A DNA stretch of 63,984 nt, filler included, from Lenisia limosa (GCA_001655205.1; 17 parts of 17 records of this genome joined end to end with filler, not necessarily neighbours in it), one strand, 5' to 3'; positions 13,580 to 27,888 are shown, numbered from the whole stretch's first letter. The notes: generated by a model from the sequence alone, not told the origin. Made by a program: numbers and translations.

Positions 13580-16477
13580 GTGATTTTTTCCTCGACCGGG
13601 AGAATGTCTTCTTGATAATGGGTACCAGGTCATCGTAGAAAAGCGGAGGGTTAGTAGCGAAAGATGTGAAATGACCAAGGTCATCGGCCGACAACAGCTC
13701 CCACGTCCGACCTCAGAACTCCAGATCGCGTGGTACAGCATAGTTTCTACCAGTTAGGCCGGCTACAGCGAAATAAATTATTAAAAAACAGTAACACCAA
13801 AAACCCTTCTTCTTCGGATGTTCCATTGAAACTCATCACCAGCAATTTTGGAGTCCTTTTAAGAGACGATGATAGCAGGTCGTCCGTGCGTTTTCCCCAA
13901 GAATCACGAACAATTATCAATTTTATCTGTTGAACAACATTTAGAAATTTCATTAACCATATGATATGCTTGTTTGCTTCGGCAAGAATAAGAGTTCCCT
14001 ATATTCAATAAATGTTTCACAATATTCAAGTTGGTGAATAATACCACATGGTTTGGTCAAAGTATGCGGAGAAGACAGATATTTCATTATGACGACTTCT
14101 TGTTGTTTCCTTTAGGACAAACTTCGACAGTCGCCCAGTTACACCATCAAAGTTGCCTTTCAGAATGGTGCCATTTAGAACCCTTCATCACCAGGTTGAT
14201 GCATGGTTTTAAGGAGTAGGTTAAAGGAAGGGCAGTAGCCGGAGAGGCGACGGAGAGAGCGTAGGAGAGGGTCAGTGAAGATGGCGAAGAGGAGAGGAGA
14301 CAGACGGTTGAGGGGTGCCGCGGGTGAGGTTGATGGGTGTCGTTGGTCCAAAACCCGTCATTGGAGAACTCTGTGAGAAATGATTGGATAAGAGACGTAA
14401 TGGTAGTGCCATGCATCTAATACCAAATAATCAATTATAAATGAGAAAAAAATGTTAACTCGCGATTGTGCTTCGTGCAAAAATACCATCGTCACATTGT
14501 GCGCAGTTCCACCGAGGCGTCACCACCAGCACCGGAGTTGACATGCAACGAAAGTGTCTTTGGACTTGATAACATAATTGCAGCCACGCTTTTCAGGATT
14601 GAATGCGGTGCTTTCATTAGGACCAAAGCAATCCCATACACAATACCTTCGAGGGCGGCTCTTTCAAGGTAGCAATTGTTTAATGATAAACGGGGCACTC
14701 CTCCAATTGAACCTTGTTGATTGGTTGAACATCTGAGTTCCCCAAAACAACACCACCAAATTCAGCTTCATTCTCTTTGTTTGTATTTTGCTTGTCATTA
14801 TTATACACACAATTTTAATAAAGTATATCTTATATAGTAATATATGATATGATAGATGATATGATATGATGTGATTAAATGTGATATAAATATACAATGT
14901 ACTATACATATAGTATGCAATATAGCATACAATATAGTATATTTAATATGTACATGTAATATATGTATATGATGTGTACGTATTATTATTTTGATTTTCT
15001 CATTCTTGCTTCCTCGATTTCAGTTTTTTTGTTTTTGTTTTGAAATGCTCCTTTTTTTCATTTGCAACTCATGGGCTATTTATATGGAGGTCCTTACTTC
15101 TTACTCCTTCAGTTTTTGAACATTTTCAACACCGTGCTCTGCGACGAAGATGTCAAAAAGTTCCGTGAATTGCTGTTTGTTGGTGTTTATTCCTTTACGT
15201 GAATTGATATTTGTTGGTGTTTATTCCTTTTCGTGAATTGATGCTTGCCGGGGGGGGGGGGTTCCNNNNNNNNNNNNNNNNNNNNNNNNNNNNNNNNNNN
15301 NNNNNNNNNNNNNNNNNNNNNNNNNNNNNNNNNNNNNNNNNNNNNNNNNCTTTTTTTTTTCATTGTTATTGTCTTTTTTTTCACAATGCTCTCTTTTGAG
15401 CCTGGTTGTACGATGAGAAATAGACTGAGTCAAAAGAAGGAGAAGATAAATGGTGAAGTATGATATTTGCTGTTTCAAAATAGTAATACTATTACAAACT
15501 GCCTACGTGTCATTTGTAAGGCAAATAATTGGGTGAATTAATAATATTGTCAATTAACTTCCTCAAAAAATTAATTGCAAGGAGCCTAATAGCAAGAAAA
15601 CAGCGCTAACCGGGATACATAACGTAGTAGCTAAGACGAGGTCAGGGAAGCTGAAGCCTGCTTAAATGGTGTTAGGAACAAAAAAGTGGACCCGGCTAAC
15701 AGCAGACGTGCTCGGAGAAGTTTGCCTTTGGAGTTGTTTGCTTGGCTTTAGATAGACCAGAATATTCACCTTTTCCACTTCTTCGACAAGAGCTTCTAAC
15801 CAACACCTTTTGTACCATGAATTCGTTGTTCTATCCAAGTCCGTGTTAAACTCCAAAACATGAAAGTTGTAAAGTCTCTACACATAAGTAAAAATGTGTT
15901 TTTGGCTGACATTGTGGAGCACGGTCGCTGGTTCAATCTGAATAGTTAGTATTGAGAATAAATGTAAATTTTTAATTACTTCAGAGTACAAATAAGTTTT
16001 GCAAAAAATTGACAAAGAGCTGGTTTGATATTTCAAAGTGTCCTCCTCAAACGCGACGACATCTTCAGGGTCGAGATTTGAGTACAGAACTCCATTTAAT
16101 TTAGAACACTAAATATATGAACATTTATTCAACGGTTTATTTGAATAGAAAGTAGCTCTCAACATGCCAACATATATCAGATATCTTCAGAGTAAATTCT
16201 CCGAAGATTTTACAAAGATGTGACCGCGCAGCGACATACATCTGCCAGGCTAAATGCAATGCAAAATTGGGTGGAGCTGGGCGTGGATCTGTGCCTACCT
16301 CGGCGGAGATGTGGACTTTTGCTTCATCCAAAGCCACAAGCTTGTGGTTCTCTGGTGAGGCGGCGTCAAATTCTTGAAAGTCAAATTCATCAAATTCTAT
16401 TCGAAGGGCAATTGCACTACAATAAACAGAGATTTACCATCCGATGAATCCAAAACCAAGGCGTCAGGTGACATTGC
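13580..16477 (-). CDS. Large hypothetical protein, several exons (partial)
   Basis: Protein-like GT-AG segments on the minus strand, e.g. EFDEFDFQEFDAASPENHKLVALDEAKVHISAEV.., VLYSNLDPEDVVAFEEDTLKYQ.., QFTELFDIFVAEHGVENVQKLK, YLERAALEGIVYGIALVLMKAPHSILKSVAAIML.., RTWELLSADDLGHFTSFATNPPLFYDDLVPIIKK. No family recognised and the exon chain was not fully phased. Confidence 0.5.
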
Positions 16478-16968
16478 NNNNNNNNNNNNNNNNNNNNNNN
16501 NNNNNNNNNNNNNNNNNNNNNTTAATTAATTAANNNNNNNNNNNNNNNNNNNNNNNNNNNNNNNNNNNNNNNNNNNNACACACTTATTTATAATATAAAT
16601 ATATTACACTATACAAATTCTCTTATAAGCGTGATGGTTTGGACGGTTTCGCAGATCAACCTTGTACAATAAACTGTAATCTCTAATATAGTTGTGTGTA
16701 GGGATCTCAGCCTGATAAACTGGTATATTTCTCACATTGATCTAGATATCGGCACATAAACGACTGAGGAGGAATATATACATGTATATATGTGCTAAAG
16801 AAAGATGGGAAATTAGTTAAAAAGCAATGGCAAAAATAGGAAGTAGGTTGTTGAGGTGACGGGATAAGTCCTGACCAATTTGCCCTTATTTTTCAAGGTA
16901 AATCGATCAAGGTCTATCCCGTCAGTGTATTGCAAATTAACCTCTCACTAAATGTGATTTTCCAACCA

Positions 16969-18812
16969 ACCGCGTTTTTGGCTTTGGCTACAAATTCACT
17001 GGGGCCATACTGGAGAATTAGTTTGGCTTCACTGGTCATAAAACTAGACTCTGAAATTTATTGAAAAATAAATTTCAAAAAGTTAAGAGGGATATTTGTA
17101 ACGAGAACCATATTTCAGATACAATCATTACTTTGTCAATATTATTATCTATCTTTTACTGGTCAATTTTGAACCAAAATGAAGCCCTGCTCTTGACCAA
17201 CCTGCTTGTGACTGAAGAGCTTCATTGATGCACCTGAAGGATAAAGATCACTTTTACCAAGATGGCCAGTGACAAGAATAAGTCTTGACCGATTTGCTAT
17301 GTGATTTCCCAAGGAAAATAGGTCAAGACTTATCCCGGTTACAATAGGTATTATTTTAAAGCAGTTTATAAGACGATATCATGTGAGATATTTTTTCCAA
17401 AAGAAAATCATATCCTACGGCGCATTTTATCCTGGTTCGGCACACTTTATACTGGAGCAGGAATTCCCGGTCCTGATTGTAGGCAGTATGCCCCCCGCTT
17501 ACATACGCCGTCAAAAACAAGGTGCGTTTGCTTTGCATACCGCATGCTTACTGTGTCAAAAATTCTCTGAAAATATTACAAGAGAAGAGAAATAAAAAAT
17601 CCTGTATCTGACAGAAGCCGTCCAAATTATTACCATCATTAAAAAATACTGACTCTCGAGCAACGTAAGTTGCTTACTCTTTCCACTGCCCTGTAGTACT
17701 CTGCGATGTGCGGCATTTTGCGAAGATAAAGAAGACTGTTCCCTATGATAGTCAAAATCAGAGCGTTACATTAGGTTCCAAAGTAAATGATCGATAATTT
17801 GCAATAATTCACGATATTTAACACTTTTTTTGGAACCCCAAGGGAAGCTCAGAAAAATGTGCAAATTTGGATATAATTGAGGCTTCTCTACGGTCCCAAA
17901 AAAGACTGAATATCTCGTTAAATCCTCGATAAATATAGATATTTGACCGGTCTTTTTCGGACCGCAGGGAATAAGCTAAAGCGTACATTTCAGAGGGTAG
18001 GGAAGGGTAGGTTAACAAAATTACAGTGACCGGGATAAGTCTATGATATACAATGACCGTGATAAGTCTTGACCGTTTACTCTATGATTTCCGCAAGAAC
18101 AATCGGTCAAGAATTATCCCGGTCACTGTGTATAAGATATGATTGTTAGGTCTGCTGATCGTAATAAGTCCCAGCACAGGTATTTTTTTTCTCTTTTTAG
18201 TCAATCATACAAGGCCTTATCTCGGTATAACTGTATACATGACCAACCCCCTCTTACCATCGATGAAGCAATGCGAAGCTTGATTGATGTTGAATGCAGG
18301 ATTATAGCGAAACCTAATAATTAACTCAACTTACATGTACTATAAACAGCTATGAGAACAAGGTTGTATCTGGACGAAGCCCCATCACGCTTATAAGTGA
18401 CATTGAATTATAGTATATATAGTTATTAATTCACCCAATCATTTGCCTTGCTACTCTTTCGGCGTGCATGCATACGCTAATATACGATTTTCAGGATTTT
18501 AAGCAAATTTTTTGAAACAAATCTCCTAATTATCTCATTTTTCCTTGGTTTTCATTGTCTGGTCAGAACGAATGTTAATATATTTCAAAATTTCCTCTCA
18601 CCCCAACACCCACAGCATTTCTTCTTAGAGCTTCACTTTCGGTTCCGAAAAAGACTAAATTCTCGATAAATCCTCGAGTAATATCGATATTCTACCGGTC
18701 TTTTGAAACTGAAAGTGAAGCTCTGCTTCTTCTATCCCCTCCATCGCCAGCTTACAACTTTGATGGGGCTTCATGGGGGGTAACATGCTCAGGAAATCTG
18801 TCCAGGAACTAA
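16969..18812 (-). CDS. Hypothetical protein, short exons (partial)
   Basis: Candidate exons: SFSSWTDFLSMLPPMKPHQS, FVSKNLLKILKI, 15-bp LFIVH (18335-18349, GTAAGT donor), LRIASSM, NSLLYLRKMPHIAEYYRAVER, DREFLLQYKVCRTRIKCA, FMTSEAKLILQYGPSEFVAKAKNA. Not fully phased. Confidence 0.4.
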
Positions 18813-20788
18813 AACTCTGTGAAAAAAATATCCAATATTGTTGGTTGCGAGAAGTCTTGACCGATTTGCTATGTTATCCCGTGAGATCCCTTCTTTAACC
18901 GATGAAGCATTTAACNNNNNNNNNNNNNNNNNNNNNNNNNNNNNNNNNNNNNNNNNNNNNNNNNNNNNNNNNNNNNNNNNNNNNNNNNNNNNNNNNNCGA
19001 GAGTTTTTTTTGGACAGTAGGGAAGCCCTAGTAATAAAGCATCTGGGAGTGCGGGCTATTTAGTAATGTCTCGTGGTGAATGTTGTATCAATGAAATGGT
19101 GCTTTTTCATGCCCCCCCCCCCTACTGCGGCAAATTTATGAATGCCCATTGCTCAACCAAAGGGGCCTTCTTCAAAAAAGAAGATGGATCAGACGGGTGT
19201 GGACAGCAGGGGAGTGGCTTTTCTATACACTATAAGGGTGAAGGGACATTAGCAATAAGGTATCAAGGAGTAAGTAGTGTGCTCAACACACCGATGGATG
19301 CTTGACTGGTCAAAAAGCTACACAAGGGCTGCAGAGCTGCAGATACGTGTGGGGAGGGAAGTCACCCCGAATTCGATCAGGATCACCCCTGTGGTTTAGC
19401 GGGAGTGGAGGGAGAGTCGTCTTTGATGATGAAGATGATGGAGCGAAAGAATGATGAAACAGGTAAGAAGAGGGAGAGGAGAGAGGTGAAGGCAGAGGGT
19501 ATTATTAATTAATTAATTATTATCTAACAGTTATCTATTTATGCAGTAGATAGAGGGCCGGAGAGGCAGGGGGAACGGTTTAAAAGGAAAAAAATATTCG
19601 GATTTTTTTGGGTTGTTATTTGTGAAATGATATCATTTCATTTCTCAAGTTTTTCAGCTTTCTATCAACTTACATGTCTACTTACTCCCCCCCCCCCCTT
19701 CCTTTTGCATGCGTGTATTTATGTGATATGGTGTTATATGCATTTAGGGGAGGGGTATTACAGCTTTCATGGAGAGAGCATGAAGCATGAGACATTGAGA
19801 TTGAGTGACTTCTCCATGATCTCCACATCACATATTTTCATACGAGTAATACGGAAGACAGGATGCTATGGACCAGATTATATTGGCAATATAAAACATT
19901 CATATATAAATGATGAGTTAGTTTTTCTGAAAAGAGAAATACCTGCTTTGCATATCATTTAAACAAAAAAATTACTCCGATACAGGCAGGAATTGTGGGA
20001 CAACTCAATGCACGACATTCTCAGATATCCATGACAATGCGGGGTCAGCTGTTTTGCCCATACACTCCATGGGAGCTTTGAGTTCCTAGGATCATCAGGA
20101 GGGAAACGGGGGAAATGACAAAATGACATCATTCGGATCATTTTCACACGTTTTTATCACTTTTCACGCAGTGATATGATACTACCTCATATCCACTCGT
20201 ATGATAATTGAACGATCATATGATCATATCACTCGTGGATAGGGGTTAACATATCACTTTTTGGATCATTTTCACACATGTGAACTGTCCACGTAGTGAT
20301 ATGATACCTCATGTCGTATGATAATTGACTGACACGTCTCTATTATACTCGGAATGAACCCTCGTGTAATCTTTATTCATCATTTCTACTTAAAAGTGGA
20401 TCATGTGATTGAAAATATCCCTTACTCTTGGAAGATATATGTAATATTCAAATGGAATAGCCCAATTAATCAATAGATAGCCAGTTATCGGATTACTAAA
20501 ACGTCAATTACTCCATGCCGACTTTTTAGTTGTCTCATCAAGGGGCAGTGCAGTACAACATCATCATTATTCTACGATTTACTGAAAATATCCAGCTTCT
20601 TGATTACGACTTTCTTTTGTGGAAAAAAACCTGTTTCTTGAGTAAGACAGTGTCGCCTCCCCGATGTGACGCCCCCCCCCCCCAACGCGAACAATAATAT
20701 AGCGCGACTGTTTTGACACTTTCATGTGGATGTATTTTTTGGTGTTCTGAGTGTGCCCACCCTATATTATTGCGAACCTTTTCAGGAA

Positions 20789-23163
20789 TTAGCTTCTTTT
20801 CTCTAAGGCTGCACGGGCATCTTCTATCATCTTCTTGGCCTGTTCATCGGTCTAAAATGATTAGATATGGCTTGGGCTTCACTTCGGTTCGAAAATAGAC
20901 TGAATTTCACAATAAATCCTCGAAAATTATCGATATTATACCGATCTTTTTCGAACCCAAGTGAAGCCCTAGATATGACTATCAAATAGGTGAAGAGACA
21001 CCAAAATAGATACATGCACAAACATCTTTGACAAATTAGCCATATGACTGTTACTTCTTATCTTTATATTGTTTTGAGTAAATTATTTTTTCATTCCGAG
21101 AGATCTTGAAACCAAATTTCTCCAAAAGGATACTAAACACAACTGGTAACCTTCCTCAACCAAGATAATGACATTTCAATTGAACATTCCCAATTCTCTA
21201 ACCCCATTGCAATAGTATCCCAATAACTAACACATTCTTCAACGTTGTATTCGGCACCATTCTCAATTAGATACTTCACGATATCCAAGTGGCCATATAG
21301 AGCAGCGCAGACAAATGGCGTTTTCCCCTGTTAAGGAGGTTGTAAAAGTAAAAGGCTAATAATCATGCTTGAAACCAGCTGTGCTTACAAAAAAAGCAAC
21401 ATTCCAGTAACTAACATGAATTTCAGCTTTGTTGATGTCAGCACCCTTCCCAATGAGGTACTTCACGACATCCAAGTGTCCATGCATAGCAGCACTTAAG
21501 ATCGGGGCTTGTTCCTATAAAGGCAAGTCATGTGAATTCAAAGAAATTAGGGACCAAAGAGTAAATACAAAATGCCAGAGACAATGATAGAAGCCGTCTT
21601 CAAATTTGGCAATAATGAAAAATTGTGTTCAATTAAAACAATGAAACAGCCCCAAAACCTAATTGAGATAGGTTCTAAAGATTATTTTACCACCTTCAGT
21701 TTTTTTATACTGTCATAATCATCATAATAACTGAACGAAACATAATGCCTATTTGAGAAAGATGGCAATTACCAAAACACACTATTACCAATGTATGCTG
21801 TTTCTCTTAAAAAACGCTTATTCTTCGCATCACAAACCTCTTCGTCAGCTGTGTTGATATTGGCACCTTTCTTTATTAGGTACTCAACGACCTCCAAGTG
21901 ACCTTTTCCAGCCGCACGTATTATTGGAGTTCTTCTCTATAAAGCATGTTAGGAAGTAATAAATGGGATAAATGATGATGACGAGAATAACATAACTGTA
22001 CAATTTAGAAACATTCCAAAAACCAACCCATTGGTCGGCTTTGTTGATGTCAGCACTGTTCTCAATGAGGTACTTCACGCAATCCAAGTGGCCATTTTCA
22101 CAGGCAAAAAACAAGGGTGTGTGAAGCTGTTAAGGTATCAAATTATGCAAGAGAACCATCAATATTGTTGTTAATCACTACAATACCGCGTCTAATGGGA
22201 TATTAATTGATAAAAGAAAGCAAAATCAAATCTCAAAAAGTTGTTCAGCCGAAAGAACACGTCTGTGTGGGTTTTCAAAACACGTAAAATGATGAAACGC
22301 CCAAACCAACATATATATCAGCCTTGTCGACTACAGCACCCTTTTCAATGAGGTACTTCACAACATCCAACTGGCCCTTTTCAGAGGCACGTAAGATGGG
22401 GGATTTTCTCTATCTCATTACTAACAAACGAAAATACTATGTTGTTGTTCCAATCACGATTCATCGATACATATTCCAACTAACCCATTGGTCAGCTTTG
22501 TGGATGTTTGCACCATTCCCAATGAGGACCTTCACAATATCCAAGTGGCCATTTCCAGCAGCAAGTGAGAGGGGTGATCGCTTCTGATATGGATATTAGG
22601 GACTCATTTTGGTGTCAACGAATAATGATAAATCATTCTATTGCTGATATAATCAACCATTAGTCATTCCAATAACCAACATATTCGTCAGCTTTGTTGA
22701 TGTCAGCATCAGCACCCTTCTCAATGAGGTACTTCACGAGATGCAATTTGCCTTTTTCTGCCGCATAGAAGAGAGGAGTTTGTTCCTATTATGTAGGTTA
22801 ATGGATGGAGTAAGGTGGTGAAAATGCAACAAGGATGGTAAGGATGTCAGAAGAACACGAGTTATCCATAGTTTTCACAAATTCGCTGACAGCAACAGGC
22901 GGATTTATTGGTTCGATATTCCTGACTGATTTGGCTATGCATACCATACATACCATCATAGCTTCATCAAATTTAGAGCATTCCTTTGGTTCCAAAATTA
23001 GACATATTTCTCTATATACTATTATAATCATTATTTACACATCGTATGTGTAGTGCCATATTCCTACCGAATCATCAGTTTGATGTATGATATCTTCATC
23101 AGCCTCAATCAGCCTCTTCGCTTGTTCAAGATCACCTTTTTGGCATGCTTCGAAAATATCCAT
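20789..23163 (-). CDS. Ankyrin-repeat protein, complete, 9 exons, ~284 aa
   Basis: Exons 23068-23163, 22681-22785, 22485-22583, 22311-22409, 22028-22126, 21838-21936, 21416-21514, 21232-21327 and 20789-20851 (TAA), all phase 0. Canonical repeats such as HTPLFFACENGHLDCVKYLIENSADINKAD. Confidence 0.95.
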
Positions 23164-26100
23164 TTTCTGGTGGAATCAGGAGCAGTTAAAATTCAATCAA
23201 TATTTAGAGGTGAAATATGAATCAAAAAATTAACAAGGTTGTATCAGACTGAAGCTGGCCAATATACCATCACATTTAGAAGAGATATTAATGAATTACT
23301 GAAACATATTTTTAGAGTACCTAAAAAGACTGCAAAGTTATACACTTTCCAAGTCTATCTTGTATTTGGTAACCTTTGATTTCTTCCCAAAAAGTTGGTG
23401 AGTAGTATTTATTTATGTGTCTATCCTACTCCCACCTCCAAACAACAAATATACACATACACAGTCCCCACACAACCCACCCCACCTAACCAACCCCACC
23501 TTTGTATCTTGTTTGTGTCTTCTATCAAGTATCAAGTACTTCCCTAATGAAATGGAAGGAGGGACAATAAATCTGTTTGCAAAGAAGCAATAATAATAAT
23601 AATCATAAAACAGAACAAAAAAATATTAAAACAAAAACAGGTGAAACAGGTGAAAAAACAAAAGCAGGAAAATAAGTGTGCCCGATTAAAATATGGAGTT
23701 AGTTATCTTTTTTTTTTTTCACAGACCAAGCAAGACCGTGCAAGACCCCTTTTCTGAGAATTCGAATTTGAGTTTCGCACCTTCCTCCATTCTATTCCCC
23801 ATGGCCTCAATATCCCCGGCGTTATTTGTAGGTGAAAAAGGACCACAAGAAACCTTCCTGCTGGAAGAGGTGCCACCACCACCCTTCACGTGGTATGGGG
23901 ATGTACGTGTGTGTATGTGTTTGGAGGGGGGGGGGTTGAGAGGCATGAAAAGCATGTTTGACAGGTGGTGTAATTATCTTTTTTGTTTTAAACAGGGTGG
24001 GGGATGGTGTGTGTGGGCATTATAGCTTTCCAGAAACTTTGCCCTCAATCCTAAATCTTAAATTTCCCGCCCTAAATCTGAGATAATGTGAAAGGGTATT
24101 GGTTTGGGGGGTGGGGCTTCACTTTGGTTCGAAAAAGACATAATTTCTCGATGAATCCTCGAAAACTATCGATATTTTACCGGTCTTTTTAGAACCGAAG
24201 TTAAGCTCTGGGGAGGGGGGAGGGCGGTGTATTGCCTCCCTTCGTAAAGTAAAGGGAGCTTGTGGGAGTGTGTAAAGGATAAACTGGGGTAATGGGGTGG
24301 TAGGTGATAATGGGGCTCATGTGTGCAATACAGTCATTAAAAATACGAAATCTATGGAGAAACGAAAAAGACATACTGAAACACATATTAGCATGTACTT
24401 GTGACTCCCTAATCAGAAGTCCGGTGGAATTTTGGAAGTTTTTCAGGACACCTGGTACATGATAATCTGGAGTAAGTTAGAGCTAGGATGTGTATTTATA
24501 TGCATAACTCCTAGGTTAGAGGAGGCCAAAAAGAGGAATAAGAAGAAGAATATTCATAAATAATTGGAATTTTGGAAAATTGAATTATTCAGAGTCTACT
24601 GATGGGGTCTCTCTACCACCCATGGTCTACTAGAATTTTAATTATGAGTGATTATAATTAGATTATATCGGTCCTGATTACACACTACTATTTACCCTCA
24701 TCATAAACTGTTATCCCCCCCCCCCCGTCTTTACATTACCCACATTCTCACAATTTTTGGCCGCAGAAAGACAACCCAGATTGCTACTGCAGCTTATATT
24801 GTGAAGTAGGGAGGAGGGTTTGCTATATTATATCATGTCACTTTTTTGATCTTTTTTTTCACACGTGTGTCGTTGTTATTTCAAATCCTCATGCTAGTTG
24901 TTATTCCTCTTGTTGCCACCTAGGATCCCAGATTTTGCAAAATTTAGAATTCTAATACCACCCCTTCTCTTCAGCATACACTGAAATATGGATGTCTTCT
25001 ATTAATATTTTACCAACGTATTAGGAGAATATCTTGCACTTATGCCGAAGATACTTGGAACAAAGCAAGGGTATGATGGTGAATATTGGAGCAAACTATT
25101 CGTTGAAAATGATAGTTTACATGTGAAAATATAGAAAAAGACAATTGTGTCATTACTTATCGCGGATAGTACTGTCTAATTTGGACGTGGTAGTAAGATT
25201 TGACTAATATGGATCTAGATTAACCAATATGGAAGATCACATTTAGTATGTGTGACATTTTTTCAAAAAAGGTATAATGATAAACTGCGACAGGGTTAAG
25301 TCTTCACACATATGATTCAGATTCTAAAGATATTACATAAATAAAGGATATTTAAACAAAATAAGAACAGAAAATTTATTTGACGACGCGCAGATGATGG
25401 CGTTGAGCGTATATGTCGCGTTATTTTCTGCAGCCACCCTACTGTAGGGGGGGGGGCAACTTATATATGGTATGGGTGTTTTATTAAGTAAGAGGGGGGC
25501 GGGGTAAATATTTCATTGTAAAGAAAAGTATAAAATATTCTAAATTACTATAAAAGGCAACTTATTTACAATCAATTGCAACAAAATAACCATCAAAGGC
25601 AACTAACAGACCCAGGAACCGCATTTTTTGTATTATAAGGCCTCCGACCCAAGAATGAAGAGAGATGATTTCATCTTTTACGTGAGCTTCTTCTGTGCAG
25701 TATTTATATGCTACTAAATACTAGTATCTCAAATACTATGGTATATATATTGGCCATAATCATGATTTTTTTTTATCCACTGGACTGATGGATGAACTTG
25801 ACTTTCTTTGGTTTATGTTTCTGTCTTGTTTTTAACCATTGTGTAATACAAATACTTGTCGCAGAGTTGATTCTGTTTCATGTCCATTCCCCCCCACAAG
25901 GAACCATGTCTTTGGAAGAGAAAGTGAAGCTCTACCAGTGATTAAGAATTTGTGTGATTATATTGGTGGTTATGCTTTCTTGTCTGTTCTCTCTTCTCAA
26001 ATAATGACCATATGAATGATTGATAGATTAGGATTATTACTTTTAAATCCTCAACTTATTGACCCTTTTTGATTAGTACATGTTTAGTATAGGTCGTGTT

Positions 26101-26213
26101 TTTGAGTAAATTAATTGGCAAAATTATAAATTAAAGTGGGTTCTTGTTACAAAATATTCAAATTTTGAAATTATTTTCCCAATTAATTGCACAGACCTAA
26201 TAATTCCCTTCAG

Positions 26214-26277
26214 GATTATCACGTCTTTTTGGTGGTTGATGAAGGGGACTCCCACACTGTTTATGACTTTGACTCGG
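26214..26277 (+). CDS. Exon of probable protein N-terminal glutamine amidohydrolase (NTAQ1/WDYHV1-like)
   Basis: AG-bounded exon DYHVFLVVDEGDSHTVYDFDS resembles the family signature WDYHV...(I/V)YD(L/F)D(S/T). Upstream exons were not resolved and the scaffold ends just after. Confidence 0.65.
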
Positions 26278-26427
26278 GTGACTGGGGGAGCCCTTTTGTC
26301 AATGGGAAGGGTGTGTGAATGGACATTNNNNNNNNNNNNNNNNNNNNNNNNNNNNNNNNNNNNNNNNNNNNTTAATTAATTAANNNNNNNNNNNNNNNNN
26401 NNNNNNNNNNNNNNNNNNNNNNNNNNN

Positions 26428-27888
26428 TCAACATCTTCCGTGTCCTCAACACCAATGATGTTCTGACCACTCTTGATGTCTCTTTCTGCAAGGGTGTGTG
26501 GGCCTTGTTTTGTTTATTTCCAAAGTCTCGCGTGTTGGAAATAGACTCGCATGTTGGAAATAGTTTCACGCTGATAGCGTTTTTATTCTGTTTCAAACCG
26601 GTATTATTTTATGGACGTCTTTGACAGCTTTCGTCATCTTTTTTCCCTGCAGTGTCTACTGATGCGCTGAAGAAGCTGGCTGAGACCCTGACAACTCGCC
26701 ACTCTCTTCAGGTCGGCTTCATTCAGGTCTTATTCACTGTTATGTTCTTTTTAGTCTCCAAGTTTTCCTCTTTAAATCCTAATATAATTGTATATGAAAT
26801 ACTGATAAGCGTCACCTCTCATTGTAATGACAGCTTTGTCACCCAATAGGCTATCACGAAATTAATCTTCATTCTGCATGACTGGATAAGTATGACTAAC
26901 TGGCCTGGGCTTTGTTTGTTTTGTGGTTATCAACCTTCGTGTGTTGTTAGTCAGAGTTCATTTGGTTTTGTCATTAATTTTCCAATATGACCCCCCCCAG
27001 ATTCTCGGTCTCATCGGAAACGAATTTGGCAAATCAGGCATGAAGCATGTCTGCACCTGCATCAAGGTTGGGTGGGGGGGGGGGGGNNNNNNNNNNNNNN
27101 NNNNNNNNNNNNNNNNNNNNNNNNNNNNNNNNNNNNNNNNNNNNNNNNNNNNNNNNNNNNNNNNNNNNNNNNNNNNNNNNNNNNNNAGCATGAAAAATTA
27201 TAGTTCACACGTGGTGTGAAGATCCAACAATTAATATGGTTGAAGACTTCTTTTTTGAATTGGTTTTTTATCCAATGCACCATTATATTTACTTGACACC
27301 TCCAGGAGTCTCTCTCTCTGAAGAAGATCTTCATCGATAGCAACAAGATCCCTGACAAGGTAGGGACCAACGATCATAAAACTCTCCATTCATGCACTGT
27401 TCGGAATAATCCCTCTTCCTCGTGCCTTGAAGGCAGCTGGAAGCCTCAATACAGAGTGCCATCTAACCCTCCAGTCGGCTGAAGACCTTGTGGAAGCCCT
27501 CTCCAATAACCGAGTTCTGACTGTCCTGTCCATGAAGGACAACCTCTTCACCCGCGACGCCCTCATCGACATCATCTCCTGCCTCGAGCATAACAACGCT
27601 CTCAAGCAGCTCGACCTCACCGGTAAAGGGGGCATCAAACATTGAAGCCGTCCAAGTACGTTTTCACCTTCAGAGCTATTTCCAACAATATCAACATCTA
27701 TATTGGACGGCTGGGCATATACTGTATTTTTATTTCTCATCTCAAACATATATTGGGCTATTTGCCTCTCTTTCATTGTAAGTGGTCATTTGTGCACTGC
27801 TGACACATCAGGCAACCCCGGATGCGACTACAAGCAGCAGCTCGTGGAGGTGGCTAAGAAGAAGTGCAGAGCCCAGTGTCTCATCTAG
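26428..27888 (+). CDS. RNI-like leucine-rich-repeat protein, 3' end
   Basis: Six exons: NTNDVLTTLDVSFCK, STDALKKLAETLTTRHSLQ, ILGLIGNEFGKSGMKHVCTCIK, ESLSLKKIFIDSNKIPDK, SAEDLVEALSNNRVLTVLSMKDNLF..LEHNNALKQLDLT, GNPG..CLI*. Spacing is ~28 aa with LxxLxLxxN. Confidence 0.85.

Noticed and set aside
13713-13715. In-frame TGA suggesting a variant genetic code (also near 25865)
   Set aside because: At 13713 the TGA overlaps a plausible acceptor (TTCTGAG). Conserved Trp residues in the kelch, CNH, COPB2 and PH genes use TGG, so there is no support for reassignment.
23693-24025. ORF 23693-24025 and nearby segments as a gene
   Set aside because: Only one exon-like stretch with no recognisable motif or consistent partner exons; support is insufficient.
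25863-25925. Upstream NTAQ1 exon (FCFMSIPPHKEPCLWKRK)
   Set aside because: Similarity is weak, the frame has a stop right after the acceptor, and the end overlaps a MITE A fragment.
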